A stretch of DNA of 64,000 nt from Auanema rhodensis. Its lineage: Eukaryota > Animalia > Nematoda. Of the stretch, positions 11,793 through 25,700 are shown in pieces. The stretch's first letter is position 1; each line of letters begins with the position of its first letter. The notes beneath the pieces are model-generated. The model did no database searches, had not been told where the DNA came from, and saw only the letters and a program-made list of their open reading frames with translations. The translations under genes were made by a program, and so were the position numbers. The stretch covers positions 248,001 through 312,000 of the forward strand of contig CAXKVF010000081.1 of the NCBI GenBank assembly GCA_964057225.1, in the 5' to 3' direction.

Positions 11793-14784
11793 ATAAAAAT
11801 TTGTTTTTAGACTAATATGGACATGGGGAATCTTATTTTGAAAACCGCATCTCTTTATCTTTCACGTGAAGCGAGTTACATACCAAGTGCACATCACGTG
11901 TACATTTAATTAGCATAAATTAAAGTTCACGTAAATTTCAAAGTCATGGTTACCATGAACCAATATCAATGAAAATTTGTTTTTAGACTAATATGGACAT
12001 GGGGAATCAAATTTTGAAAACCGCATCTCTTTATCTTTCACGTGAAGCGAGTTACATACCAAGTGCACATCACGTGTACATTTAATTAGCATAAATTAAA
12101 GTTCACGTAAATTTCAAAGTCATGGTTACCATGCACCAATATCAATAAAAAATTGTTTTTAGACTAATATGGACATGGGGAATCTAATTTTGAAAACCGC
12201 ATCTCTTTATCTTTCACGTGAAGCGAGTTACATACCAAGTGCACATCACGTGTACATTTAATTAGCATAAATTAAAGTTCACGTAAATTTCAAAGTCATG
12301 GTTACCATGCACCAATATCAATAAAAATTTGTTTTTAGACTAATATGGACATGGGGAATCTTATTTTGAAAACCGCATCTCTTTATCTTTCACGTGAAGC
12401 GAGTTACATACCAAGTGCACATCACGTGTACATTTAATTAGCATAAATTAAAGTTCACGTAAACTTCAAAGTCATGGTTACCATGCACCAATATCAATAA
12501 AAATTTGTTTTTAGACTAATATGGACATGGGGAATCAAATTTTGAAAACCGCATCTCTTTATCTTTCACGTGAAGCAAGTTACATACCAAGTGCACATCA
12601 CGTGTACATTTAATTAGCATAAATTAAAGTTCACGTAAATTTCAAAGTCATGGTTACCATGCACCAATATCAATAAAAAATTGTTTTTAGACTAATATGG
12701 ACATGGGGAATCTAATTTTGAAAACCGCATCTCTTTATCTTTCACGTGAAGCGAGTTACATACCGAGTGCACATCACGTGTACAATTAATTAGCATAAAT
12801 TAAAGTTCACGTAAATTTCAAAGTCATGGTTACCATGAACCAATATCAATAAAAATTTGTTTTTAGACTAATATGGACATGGGGAATCTAATTTTGAAAA
12901 CCGCATCTCTTTATCTTTCACGTGAAGCGAGTTACATACCAAGTGCACATCACGTGTACATTTAATTAGCATAAATTAAAGTTCACGTAAATTTCAAAGT
13001 CATGGTTACCATGCACCAATATCAATAAAAATTTGTTTTTAGACTAATATGGACATGGGGAATCTAATTTTGAAAACCGCATCTCTTTATCTTTCACGTG
13101 AAGCGAGTTACATACCAAGTGCACATCACGTGTACATTTAATTAGCATAAATTAAAGTTCACGTAAATTTCAAAGTCATGGTTACCATGAACCAATATCA
13201 ATAAAAATTTGTTTTTAGACTAATATGGACATGGGGAATCTAATTTTGAAAACCGCATCTCTTTATCTTTCACGTGAAGCGAGTTACATACCAAGTGCAC
13301 ATCACGTGTACATTTAATAAGCATAAATTAAAGTTCACGTAAATTTCAAAGTCATGGTTACCATGCACCAATATCAATAAAAATTTGTTTTTAGACTAAT
13401 ATGGACATGGGGAATCTAATTTTGAAAACCGCATCTCTTTATCTTTCACGTGAAGCGAGTTACATACCGAGTGCACATCACGTGTACAATTAATTAGCAT
13501 AAATTAAAGTTCACGTAAATTTCAAAGTCATGGTTACCATGAACCAATATCAATAAAAATTTGTTTTTAGACTAATATGGACATGGGGAATCTAATTTTG
13601 AAAACCGCATCTCTTTATCTTTCACGTGAAGCGAGTTACATACCAAGTGCACATCACGTGTACAATTAATTAGCATAAATTAAAGTTCACGTAAATTTCA
13701 AAGTCATGGTTACCATGAACCAATATCTATGAAAATTTGTTTTTAGACTAATATGGACATGGGGAATCAAATTTTGAAAACCGCATCTCTTTATCTTTCA
13801 CGTGAAGCAAGTTACATACCAAGTGCACATCACGTGTACATTTAATTAGCATAAATTAAAGTTCACGTAAATTTCAAAGTCATGGTTACCATGCACCAAT
13901 ATCAATAAAAAATTGTTTTTAGACTAATATGGACATGGGGAATCTAATTTTGAAAACCGCATCTCTTTATCTTTCACGTGAAGCGAGTTACATACCAAGT
14001 GCACATCACGTGTACATTTAATTAGCATAAATTAAAGTTCACGTAAATTTCAAAGTCATGGTTACCATGCACCAATATCGATAAAAATTTGTTTTTAGAC
14101 TAATATGGACATGGGGAATCTTATTTTGAAAACCGCATCTTTTTATCCCTCACGTGAAGCGAGTTACATACCAAGTGCACATCACGTGTACATTTAATTA
14201 GCATAAATTAAAGTTCACGTAAATTTCAAAGTCATGGTTACCATGCACCAATATCAATAAAAATTTGTTTTTCGACTAATATGGACATGGGGAATCTAAT
14301 TTTGAAAACCGCATCTCTTTATCTTTCACGTGAAGCGAGTTACATACCAAGTGCACATCACGTGTACATTTAATTAGCATAAATTAAAGTTCACGTAAAT
14401 TTCAAAGTCATGGTTACCATGCACCAATATCAATAAAAATTTGTTTTTAGACTAATATGGACATGAGGAATCTAATTTTGAAAACCGCATCTCTTTATCT
14501 TTCACGTGAAGCGAGTTACATACCAAGTGCACATCACGTGTACATTTAATTAGCATAAATTAAAGTTCACGTAAATTTCAAAGTCATGGTTACCATGCAC
14601 CAATATCAATAAAAATTTGTTTTTAGACTAATATGGACATGGGGAATCTTATTTTGAAAACCGCATCTCTTTATCTTTCACGTGAAGCGAGTTACATACC
14701 AAGTGCACATCACGTGTACATTTAATTAGCATAAATTAAAGTTCACGTAAATTTCAAAGTCATGGTTACCATGCACCAATATCA

Positions 14785-16192
14785 ATAAAAATTTGTTTTT
14801 AGACTAATATGGACATGGGGAATCTTATTTTGAAAACCGCATCTCTTTATCTTTCACGTGAAGCGAGTTACATACCAAGTGCACATCACGTGTACATTTA
14901 ATTAGCATAAATTAAAGTTCACGTAAACTTCAAAGTCATGGTTACCATGCACCAATATCAATAAAAATTTGTTTTTAGACTAATATGGACATGGGGAATC
15001 TAATTTTGAAAACCGCATCTCTTTATCTTTCACGTGAAGCGAGTTACATACCAAGTGCACATCACGTGTACATTTAATTAGCATAAATTAAAGTTCACGT
15101 AAATTTCAAAGTCATGGTTACCATGCACCAATATCAATAAAAAATTGTTTTTAGACTAATATGGACATGGGGAATCTAATTTTGAAAACCGCATCTCTTT
15201 ATCTTTCACGTGAAGCGAGTTACATACCAAGTGCACATCACGTGTACATTTAATTAGCATAAATTAAAGTTCACGTAAATTTCAAAGTCATGGTTACCAT
15301 GCACCAATATCGATAAAAATTTGTTTTTAGACTAATATGGACATGGGGAATCTTATTTTGAAAACCGCATCTTTTTATCCCTCACGTGAAGCGAGTTACA
15401 TACCAAGTGCACATCACGTGTACATTTAATTAGCATAAATTAAAGTTCACGTAAATTTCAAAGTCATGGTTACCATGCACCAATATCAATAAAAATTTGT
15501 TTTTAGACTAATATGGACATGGGGAATCTTATTTTGAAAACCGCATCTCTTTATCTTTCACGTGAAGCGAGTTACATACCAAGTGCACATCACGTGTACA
15601 TTTAATTAGCATAAATTAAAGTTCACGTAAACTTCAAAGTCATGGTTACCATGCACCAATATCAATAAAAATTTGTTTTTAGACTAATATGGACATGGGG
15701 AATCTAATTTTGAAAACCGCATCTCTTTATCTTTCACGTGAAGCGAGTTACATACCAAGTGCACATCACGTGTACATTTAATTAGCATAAATTAAAGTTC
15801 ACGTAAATTTCAAAGTCATGGTTACCATGCACCAATATCAATAAAAAATTGTTTTTAGACTAATATGGACATGGGGAATCTAATTTTGAAAACCGCATCT
15901 CTTTATCTTTCACGTGAAGCGAGTTACATAACAAGTGCACATCACGTGTACATTTAATTAGCATAAATTAAAGTTCACGTAAATTTCAAAGTCATGGTTA
16001 CCATGCACCAATATCGATAAAAATTTGTTTTTAGACTAATATGGACATGGGGAATCTTATTTTGAAAACCGCATCTTTTTATCCCTCACGTGAAGCGAGT
16101 TACATACCAAGTGCACATCACGTGTACATTTAATTAGCATAAATTAAAGTTCACGTAAATTTCAAAGTCATGGTTACCATGCACCAATATCA
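14785..16192 (+). repeat. 4-monomer (704-bp) duplication (M85-88, M89-92)
   Basis: A42T+T144C / cons / T8A+A176G / A42T+C61T+TT68-69CC occurs twice. The TT>CC marker also occurs in M81 (14081) and nowhere else that I saw. Confidence 0.85.
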
Positions 16193-19100
16193 ATAAAAAT
16201 TTGTTTTTCGACTAATATGGACATGGGGAATCTAATTTTGAAAACCGCATCTCTTTATCTTTCACGTGAAGCGAGTTACATACCAAGTGCACATCACGTG
16301 TACATTTAATTAGCATAAATTAAAGTTCACGTAAATTTCAAAGTCATGGTTACCATGCACCAATATCAATAAAAATTTGTTTTTAGACTAATATGGACAT
16401 GAGGAATCTAATTTTGAAAACCGCATCTCTTTATCTTTCACGTGAAGCGAGTTACATACCAAGTGCACATCACGTGTACATTTAATTAGCATAAATTAAA
16501 GTTCACGTAAATTTCAAAGTCATGGTTACCATGCACCAATATCAATAAAAATTTGTTTTTAGACTAATATGCACATGGGGAATCTAATTTTGAAAACCGC
16601 ATCTCTTTATCTTTCACGTGAAGCGAGTTACATACCAAGTGCACATCACGTGTACATTTAATTAGCATAAATTAAAGTTCACGTAAATTTCAAAGTCATG
16701 GTTACCATGCACCAATATCAATAAAAAATTGTTTTTAGACTAATATGGACATGGGGAATCTAATTTTGAAAACCGCATCTCTTTATCTTTCACGTGAAGC
16801 GAGTTACATACCAAGTGCACATCACGTGTACATTTAATTAGCATAAATTAAAGTTCACGTAAATTTCAAAGTCATGGTTACCATGCACCAATATCAATAA
16901 AAATTTGTTTTTAGACTAATATGGACATGGGGAATCTTATTTTGAAAACCGCATCTCTTTATCTTTCACGTGAAGCGAGTTACATACCAAGTGCACATCA
17001 CGTGTACATTTAATTAGCATAAATTAAAGTTCACGTAAACTTCAAAGTCATGGTTACCATGCACCAATATCAATAAAAATTTGTTTTTAGACTAATATGG
17101 ACATGGGGAATCAAATTTTGAAAACCGCATCTCTTTATCTTTCACGTGAAGCAAGTTACATACCAAGTGCACATCACGTGTACATTTAATTAGCATAAAT
17201 TAAAGTTCACGTAAATTTCAAAGTCATGGTTACCATGCACCAATATCAATAAAAAATTGTTTTTAGACTAATATGGACATGGGGAATCTAATTTTGAAAA
17301 CCGCATCTCTTTATCTTTCACGTGAAGCGAGTTACATACCGAGTGCACATCACGTGTACAATTAATTAGCATAAATTAAAGTTCACGTAAATTTCAAAGT
17401 CATGGTTACCATGAACCAATATCAATAAAAATTTGTTTTTAGACTAATATGGACATGGGGAATCTAATTTTGAAAACCGCATCTCTTTATCTTTCACGTG
17501 AAGCGAGTTACATACCAAGTGCACATCACGTGTACATTTAATTAGCATAAATTAAAGTTCACGTAAATTTCAAAGTCATGGTTACCATGCACCAATATCA
17601 ATAAAAATTTGTTTTTAGACTAATATGGACATGGGGAATCTAATTTTGAAAACCGCATCTCTTTATCTTTCACGTGAAGCGAGTTACATACCAAGTGCAC
17701 ATCACGTGTACATTTAATTAGCATAAATTAAAGTTCACGTAAATTTCAAAGTCATGGTTACCATGCACCAATATCAATAAAAAATTGTTTTTAGACTAAT
17801 ATGGACATGGGGAATCTAATTTTGAAAACCGCATCTCTTTATCTTTCACGTGAAGCGAGTTACATACCAAGTGCACATCACGTGTACATTTAATTAGCAT
17901 AAATTAAAGTTCACGTAAATTTCAAAGTCATGGTTACCATGCACCAATATCAATAAAAATTTGTTTTTAGACTAATATGGACATGGGGAATCTAATGTTG
18001 AAAACCGCATCTCTTTATCTTTCACGTGAAGCGAGTTACATACCAAGTGCACATCACGTGTACATTTAATTAGCATAAATTAAAGTTCACGTAAATTTCA
18101 AAGTCATGGTTACCATGCACCAATATCAATAAAAATTTGTTTTTAGACTAAAATGGACATGGGGAATCTAATTTTGAAAACCGCATCTCTTTATCTTTCA
18201 CGTGAAGCGAGTTACATACCAAGTGCACATCACGTGTACATTTAATTAGCATAAATTAAAGTTCACGTAAATTTCAAAGTCATGGTTACCATGCACCAAT
18301 ATCAATAAAAATTTGTTTTTAGACTAATATGGACATGGGGAATCTAATTTTGAAAACCGCATCTCTTTATCTTTCACGTGAAGCGAGTTACATACCAAGT
18401 GCACATCACGTGTACATTTAATTAGCATAAATTAAAGTTCACGTAAATTTCAAAGTCATGGTTACCATGAACCAATATCAATAAAAATTTGGTTTTAGAC
18501 TAATATGGACATGGGGAATCTAATTTTGAAAACCGCATCTCTTTATCTTTCACGTGGAGCGAGTTACATACCAAGTGCACATCACGTGTACATTTAATAA
18601 GCATAAATTAAAGTTCACGTAAATTTCAAAGTCATGGTTACCATGCACCAATATCAATAAAAATTTGTTTTTAGACTAATATGGACATGGGGAATCTAAT
18701 TTTGAAAACCGCATCTCTTTATCTTTCACGTGAAGCGAGTTACATACCAAGTGCACATCACGTGTACATTTAATTAGCATAAATTAAAGTTCACGTAAAT
18801 TTCAAAGTCATGGTTACCATGCACCAATATCAATAAAAATTTGTTTTTAGACTAAAATGGACATGGGGAATCTAATTTTGAAAACCGCATCTCTTTTTCT
18901 TTCACGTGAAGCGAGTTACATACCAAGTGCACATCACGTGTACATTTAATTAGCATAAATTAAAGTTCACGTAAATTTCAAAGTCATGGTTACCATGCAC
19001 CAATATCAATAAAAATTTGTTTTTAGACTAATATGGACATGGGGAATCTAATTTTGAAAACCGCATCTCTTTATCTTTCACGTGAAGCGAGTTACATACC

Positions 19101-20240
19101 AAGTGCACATCACGTGTACATTTAATTAGCATAAATTAAAGTTCACGTAAATTTCAAAGTCATGGTTACCATGAACCAATATCAATAAAAATTTGGTTTT
19201 AGACTAATATGGACATGGGGAATCTAATTTTGAAAACCGCATCTCTTTATCTTTCACGTGAAGCGAGTTACATACCAAGTGCACATCACGTGTACATTTA
19301 ATTAGCATAAATTAAAGTTCACGTAAATTTCAAAGTCATGGTTACCATGCACCAATATCAATAAAAAATTGTTTTTAGACTAATATGGACATGGGGAATC
19401 TAATTTTGAAAACCGCATCTCTTTATCTTTCACGTGAAGCGAGTTACATACCGAGTGCACATCACGTGTACAATTAATTAGCATAAATTAAAGTTCACGT
19501 AAATTTCAAAGTCATGGTTACCATGAACCAATATCAATAAAAATTTGTTTTTAGACTAATATGGACATGGGGAATCTAATTTTGAAAACCGCATCTCTTT
19601 ATCTTTCACGTGAAGCGAGTTACATACCAAGTGCACATCACGTGTACATTTAATTAGCATAAATTAAAGTTCACGTAAATTTCAAAGTCATGGTTACCAT
19701 GCACCAATATCAATAAAAATTTGTTTTTAGACTAATATGGACATGGGGAATCTAATTTTGAAAACCGCATCTCTTTATCTTTCACGTGAAGCGAGTTACA
19801 TACCAAGTGCACATCACGTGTACATTTAATTAGCATAAATTAAAGTTCACGTAAATTTCAAAGTCATGGTTACCATGCACCAATATCAATAAAAATTTGT
19901 TTTTAGACTAATATGGACATGGGGAATCTAATGTTGAAAACCGCATCTCTTTATCTTTCACGTGAAGCGAGTTACATACCAAGTGCACATCACGTGTACA
20001 TTTAATTAGCATAAATTAAAGTTCACGTAAATTTCAAAGTCATGGTTACCATGCACCAATATCAATAAAAATTTGTTTTTAGACTAATATGGACATGGGG
20101 AATCTAATTTTGAAAACCGCATCTCTTTATCTTTCACGTGAAGCGAGTTACATACCAAGTGCACATCACGTGTACATTTAATTAGCATAAATTAAAGTTC
20201 ACGTAAATTTCAAAGTCATGGTTACCATGCACCAATATCA

Positions 20241-22704
20241 ATAAAAATTTGTTTTTAGACTAAAATGGACATGGGGAATCTAATTTTGAAAACCGCATCT
20301 CTTTATCTTTCACGTGAAGCGAGTTACATACCAAGTGCACATCACGTGTACATTTAATTAGCATAAATTAAAGTTCACGTAAATTTCAAAGTCATGGTTA
20401 CCATGCACCAATATCAATAAAAATTTGTTTTTAGACTAATATGGACATGGGGAATCTAATTTTGAAAACCGCATCTCTTTATCTTTCACGTGAAGCGAGT
20501 TACATACCAAGTGCACATCACGTGTACATTTAATTAGCATAAATTAAAGTTCACGTAAATTTCAAAGTCATGGTTACCATGAACCAATATCAATAAAAAT
20601 TTGGTTTTAGACTAATATGGACATGGGGAATCTAATTTTGAAAACCGCATCTCTTTATCTTTCACGTGGAGCGAGTTACATACCAAGTGCACATCACGTG
20701 TACATTTAATAATCATAAATTAAAGTTCACGTAAATTTCAAAGTCATGGTTACCATGCACCAATATCAATAAAAATTTGTTTTTAGACTAATATGGACAT
20801 GGGGAATCTAATTTTGAAAACCGCATCTCTTTATCTTTCACGTGAAGCGAGTTACATACCAAGTGCACATCACGTGTACATTTAATTAGCATAAATTAAA
20901 GTTCACGTAAATTTCAAAGTCATGGTTACCATGCACCAATATCAATAAAAATTTGTTTTTAGACTAAAATGGACATGGGGAATCTAATTTTGAAAACCGC
21001 ATCTCTTTTTCTTTCACGTGAAGCGAGTTACATACCAAGTGCACATCACGTGTACATTTAATTAGCATAAATTAAAGTTCACGTAAATTTCAAAGTCATG
21101 GTTACCATGCACCAATATCAATAAAAATTTGTTTTTAGACTAATATGGACATGGGGAATCTAATTTTGAAAACCGCATCTCTTTATCTTTCACGTGAAGC
21201 GAGTTACATACCAAGTGCACATCACGTGTACATTTAATTAGCATAAATTAAAGTTCACGTAAATTTCAAAGTCATGGTTACCATGAACCAATATCAATAA
21301 AAATTTGGTTTTAGACTAATATGGACATGGGGAATCTAATTTTGAAAACCGCATCTCTTTATCTTTCACGTGGAGCGAGTTACATACCAAGTGCACATCA
21401 CGTGTACATTTAATAAGCATAAATTAAAGTTCACGTAAATTTCAAAGTCATGGTTACCATGCACCAATATCAATAAAAATTTGTTTTTAGACTAAAATGG
21501 ACATGGGGAATCTAATTTTGAAAACCGCATCTCTTTATCTTTCACGTGAAGCGAGTTACATACCAAGTGCACATCACGTGTACATTTAATTAGCATAAAT
21601 TAAAGTTCACGTAAATTTCAAAGTCATGGTTACCATGCACCAATATCAATAAAAATTTGTTTTTAGACTAATATGGACATGGGGAATCTAATTTTGAAAA
21701 CCGCATCTCTTTATCTTTCACGTGAAGCGAGTTACATACCAAGTGCACATCACGTGTACATTTAATTAGCATAAATTAAAGTTCACGTAAATTTCAAAGT
21801 CATGGTTACCATGAACCAATATCAATAAAAATTTGGTTTTAGACTAATATGGACATGGGGAATCTAATTTTGAAAACCGCATCTCTTTATCTTTCACGTG
21901 GAGCGAGTTACATACCAAGTGCACATCACGTGTACATTTAATAATCATAAATTAAAGTTCACGTAAATTTCAAAGTCATGGTTACCATGCACCAATATCA
22001 ATAAAAATTTGTTTTTAGACTAATATGGACATGGGGAATCTAATTTTGAAAACCGCATCTCTTTATCTTTCACGTGAAGCGAGTTACATACCAAGTGCAC
22101 ATCACGTGTACATTTAATTAGCATAAATTAAAGTTCACGTAAATTTCAAAGTCATGGTTACCATGCACCAATATCAATAAAAATTTGTTTTTAGACTAAA
22201 ATGGACATGGGGAATCTAATTTTGAAAACCGCATCTCTTTTTCTTTCACGTGAAGCGAGTTACATACCAAGTGCACATCACGTGTACATTTAATTAGCAT
22301 AAATTAAAGTTCACGTAAATTTCAAAGTCATGGTTACCATGCACCAATATCAATAAAAATTTGTTTTTAGACTAATATGGACATGGGGAATCTAATTTTG
22401 AAAACCGCATCTCTTTATCTTTCACGTGAAGCGAGTTACATACCAAGTGCACATCACGTGTACATTTAATTAGCATAAATTAAAGTTCACGTAAATTTCA
22501 AAGTCATGGTTACCATGAACCAATATCAATAAAAATTTGGTTTTAGACTAATATGGACATGGGGAATCTAATTTTGAAAACCGCATCTCTTTATCTTTCA
22601 CGTGGAGCGAGTTACATACCAAGTGCACATCACGTGTACATTTAATAAGCATAAATTAAAGTTCACGTAAATTTCAAAGTCATGGTTACCATGCACCAAT
22701 ATCA
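20241..22704 (+). repeat. 7-monomer (1232-bp) duplication (M116-122, M123-129) built from an older 4+3 unit
   Basis: Private G121T at 20713 and 21945; A65T at 21009 and 22241. Each 7-mer contains the triplet T24A / C166A / T12G+A77G+T119A twice. Confidence 0.9.
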
Positions 22705-25700
22705 ATAAAAATTTGTTTTTAGACTAATATGGACATGGGGAATCTAATTTTGAAAACCGCATCTCTTTATCTTTCACGTGAAGCGAGTTACATACCAAGT
22801 GCACATCACGTGTACATTTAATTAGCATAAATTAAAGTTCACGTAAATTTCAAAGTCATGGTTACCATGAACCAATATCAATGAAAATTTGTTTTTAGAC
22901 TAATATGGACATGGGGAATCAAATTTTGAAAACCGCATCTCTTTATCTTTCACGTGAAGCGAGTTACATACCAAGTGCACATCACGTGTACATTTAATTA
23001 GCATAAATTAAAGTTCACGTAAATTTCAAAGTCATGGTTACCATGAACCAATATCAATGAAAATTTGTTTTTAGACTAATATGGACATGGGGAATCAAAT
23101 TTTGAAAACCGCATCTCTTTATCTTTCACGTGAAGCGAGTAACATACCAAGTGCACATCACGTGTACATTTAATTAGCATAAATTAAAGTTCACGTAAAT
23201 TTCAAAGTCATGGTTACCATGCACCAATATCAATAAAAATTTGTTTTTAGACTAATATGGACATGGGGAATCTTATTTTGAAAACCGCATCTCTTTATCT
23301 TTCACGTGAAGCGAGTTACATACCAAGTGCACATCACGTGTACATTTAATTAGCATAAATTAAAGTTCACGTAAATTTCAAAGTCATGGTTACCATGAAC
23401 CAATATCAATGAAAATTTGTTTTTAGACTAATATGGACATGGGGAATCAAATTTTGAAAACCGCATCTCTTTATCTTTCACGTGAAGCGAGTTACATACC
23501 AAGTGCACATCACGTGTACATTTAATTAGCATAAATTAAAGTTCACGTAAATTTCAAAGTCATGGTTACCATGCACCAATATCAATAAAAAATTGTTTTT
23601 AGACTAATATGGACATGGGGAATCTAATTTTGAAAACCGCATCTCTTTATCTTTCACGTGAAGCGAGTTACATACCAAGTGCACATCACGTGTACATTTA
23701 ATTAGCATAAATTAAAGTTCACGTAAATTTCAAAGTCATGGTTACCATGCACCAATATCAATAAAAATTTGTTTTTAGACTAATATGGACATGGGGAATC
23801 TTATTTTGAAAACCGCATCTCTTTATCTTTCACGTGAAGCGAGTTACATACCAAGTGCACATCACGTGTACATTTAATTAGCATAAATTAAAGTTCACGT
23901 AAACTTCAAAGTCATGGTTACCATGCACCAATATCAATAAAAATTTGTTTTTAGACTAATATGGACATGGGGAATCTTATTTTGAAAACCGCATCTCTTT
24001 ATCTTTCACGTGAAGCGAGTTACATACCAAGTGCACATCACGTGTACATTTAATTAGCATAAATTAAAGTTCACGTAAATTTCAAAGACATGGTTACCAT
24101 GAACCAATATCAATGAAAATTTGTTTTTAGACTAATATGGACATGGGGAATCAAATTTTGAAAACAGCATCTCTTTATCTTTCACGTGAAGCGAGTTACA
24201 TACCAAGTGCACATCACAAGTACATTTAATTAGCATAAATTAAAGTTCACGTAAATTTCAAAGTCATGGTTACCATGCACCAATATCAATAAAAAATTGT
24301 TTTTAGACTAATATGGACATGGGGAATCTAATTTTGAAAACCGCATCTCTTTATCTTTCACGTGAAGCGAGTTACATACCAAGTGCACATCACGTGTACA
24401 TTTAATTAGCATAAATTAAAGTTCACGTAAATTTCAAAGTCATGGTTACCATGCACCAATATCAATAAAAAATTGTTTTTAGACTAATATGGACATGGGG
24501 AATCTTATTTTGAAAACCGCATCTCTTTATCTTTCACGTGAAGCGAGTTACATACCAAGTGCACATCACGTGTACATTTAATTAGCATAAATTAAAGTTC
24601 ACGTAAATTTCAAAGTCATGGTTACCATGCACCAATATCAATAAAAATTTGTTTTTAGACTAATATGGACATGGGGAATCTTATTTTGAAAACCGCATCT
24701 CTTTATCTTTCACGTGAAGCGAGTTACATACCAAGTGCACATCACGTGTACATTTAATTAGCATAAATTAAAGTTCACGTAAATTTCAAAGTCATGGTTA
24801 CCATGCACCAATATCAATAAAAATTTGTTTTTAGACTAATATGCACATGGGGAATCTAATTTTGAAAACCGCATCTCTTTATCTTTCACGTGAAGCGAGT
24901 TACATACCAAGTGCACATCACGTGTACATTTAATTAGCATAAATTAAAGTTCACGTAAATTTCAAAGTCATGGTTACCATGCACCAATATCAATAAAAAA
25001 TTGTTTTTAGACTAATATGGACATGGGGAATCTAATTTTGAAAACCGCATCTCTTTATCTTTCACGTGAAGCGAGTTACATACCAAGTGCACATCACGTG
25101 TACATTTAATTAGCATAAATTAAAGTTCACGTAAATTTCAAAGTCATGGTTACCATGCACCAATATCAATAAAAATTTGTTTTTAGACTAATATGCACAT
25201 GGGGAATCTAATTTTGAAAACCGCATCTCTTTATCTTTCACGTGAAGCGAGTTACATACCAAGTGCACATCACGTGTACATTTAATTAGCATAAATTAAA
25301 GTTCACGTAAATTTCAAAGTCATGGTTACCATGCACCAATATCAATAAAAATTTGTTTTTAGACTAATATGGACATGAGGAATCTAATTTTGAAAACCGC
25401 ATCTCTTTATCTTTCACGTGAAGCGAGTTACATACCAAGTGCACATCACGTGTACATTTAATTAGCATAAATTAAAGTTCACGTAAATTTCAAAGTCATG
25501 GTTACCATGCACCAATATCAATAAAAAATTGTTTTTAGACTAATATGGACATGGGGAACCTAATTTTGAAAACCGCATCTCTTTATCTTTCACGTGAAGC
25601 GAGTTACATACCAAGTGCACATCACGTGTACATTTAATTAGCATAAATTAAAGTTCACGTAAATTTCAAAGTCATGGTTACCATGAACCAATATCAATGA

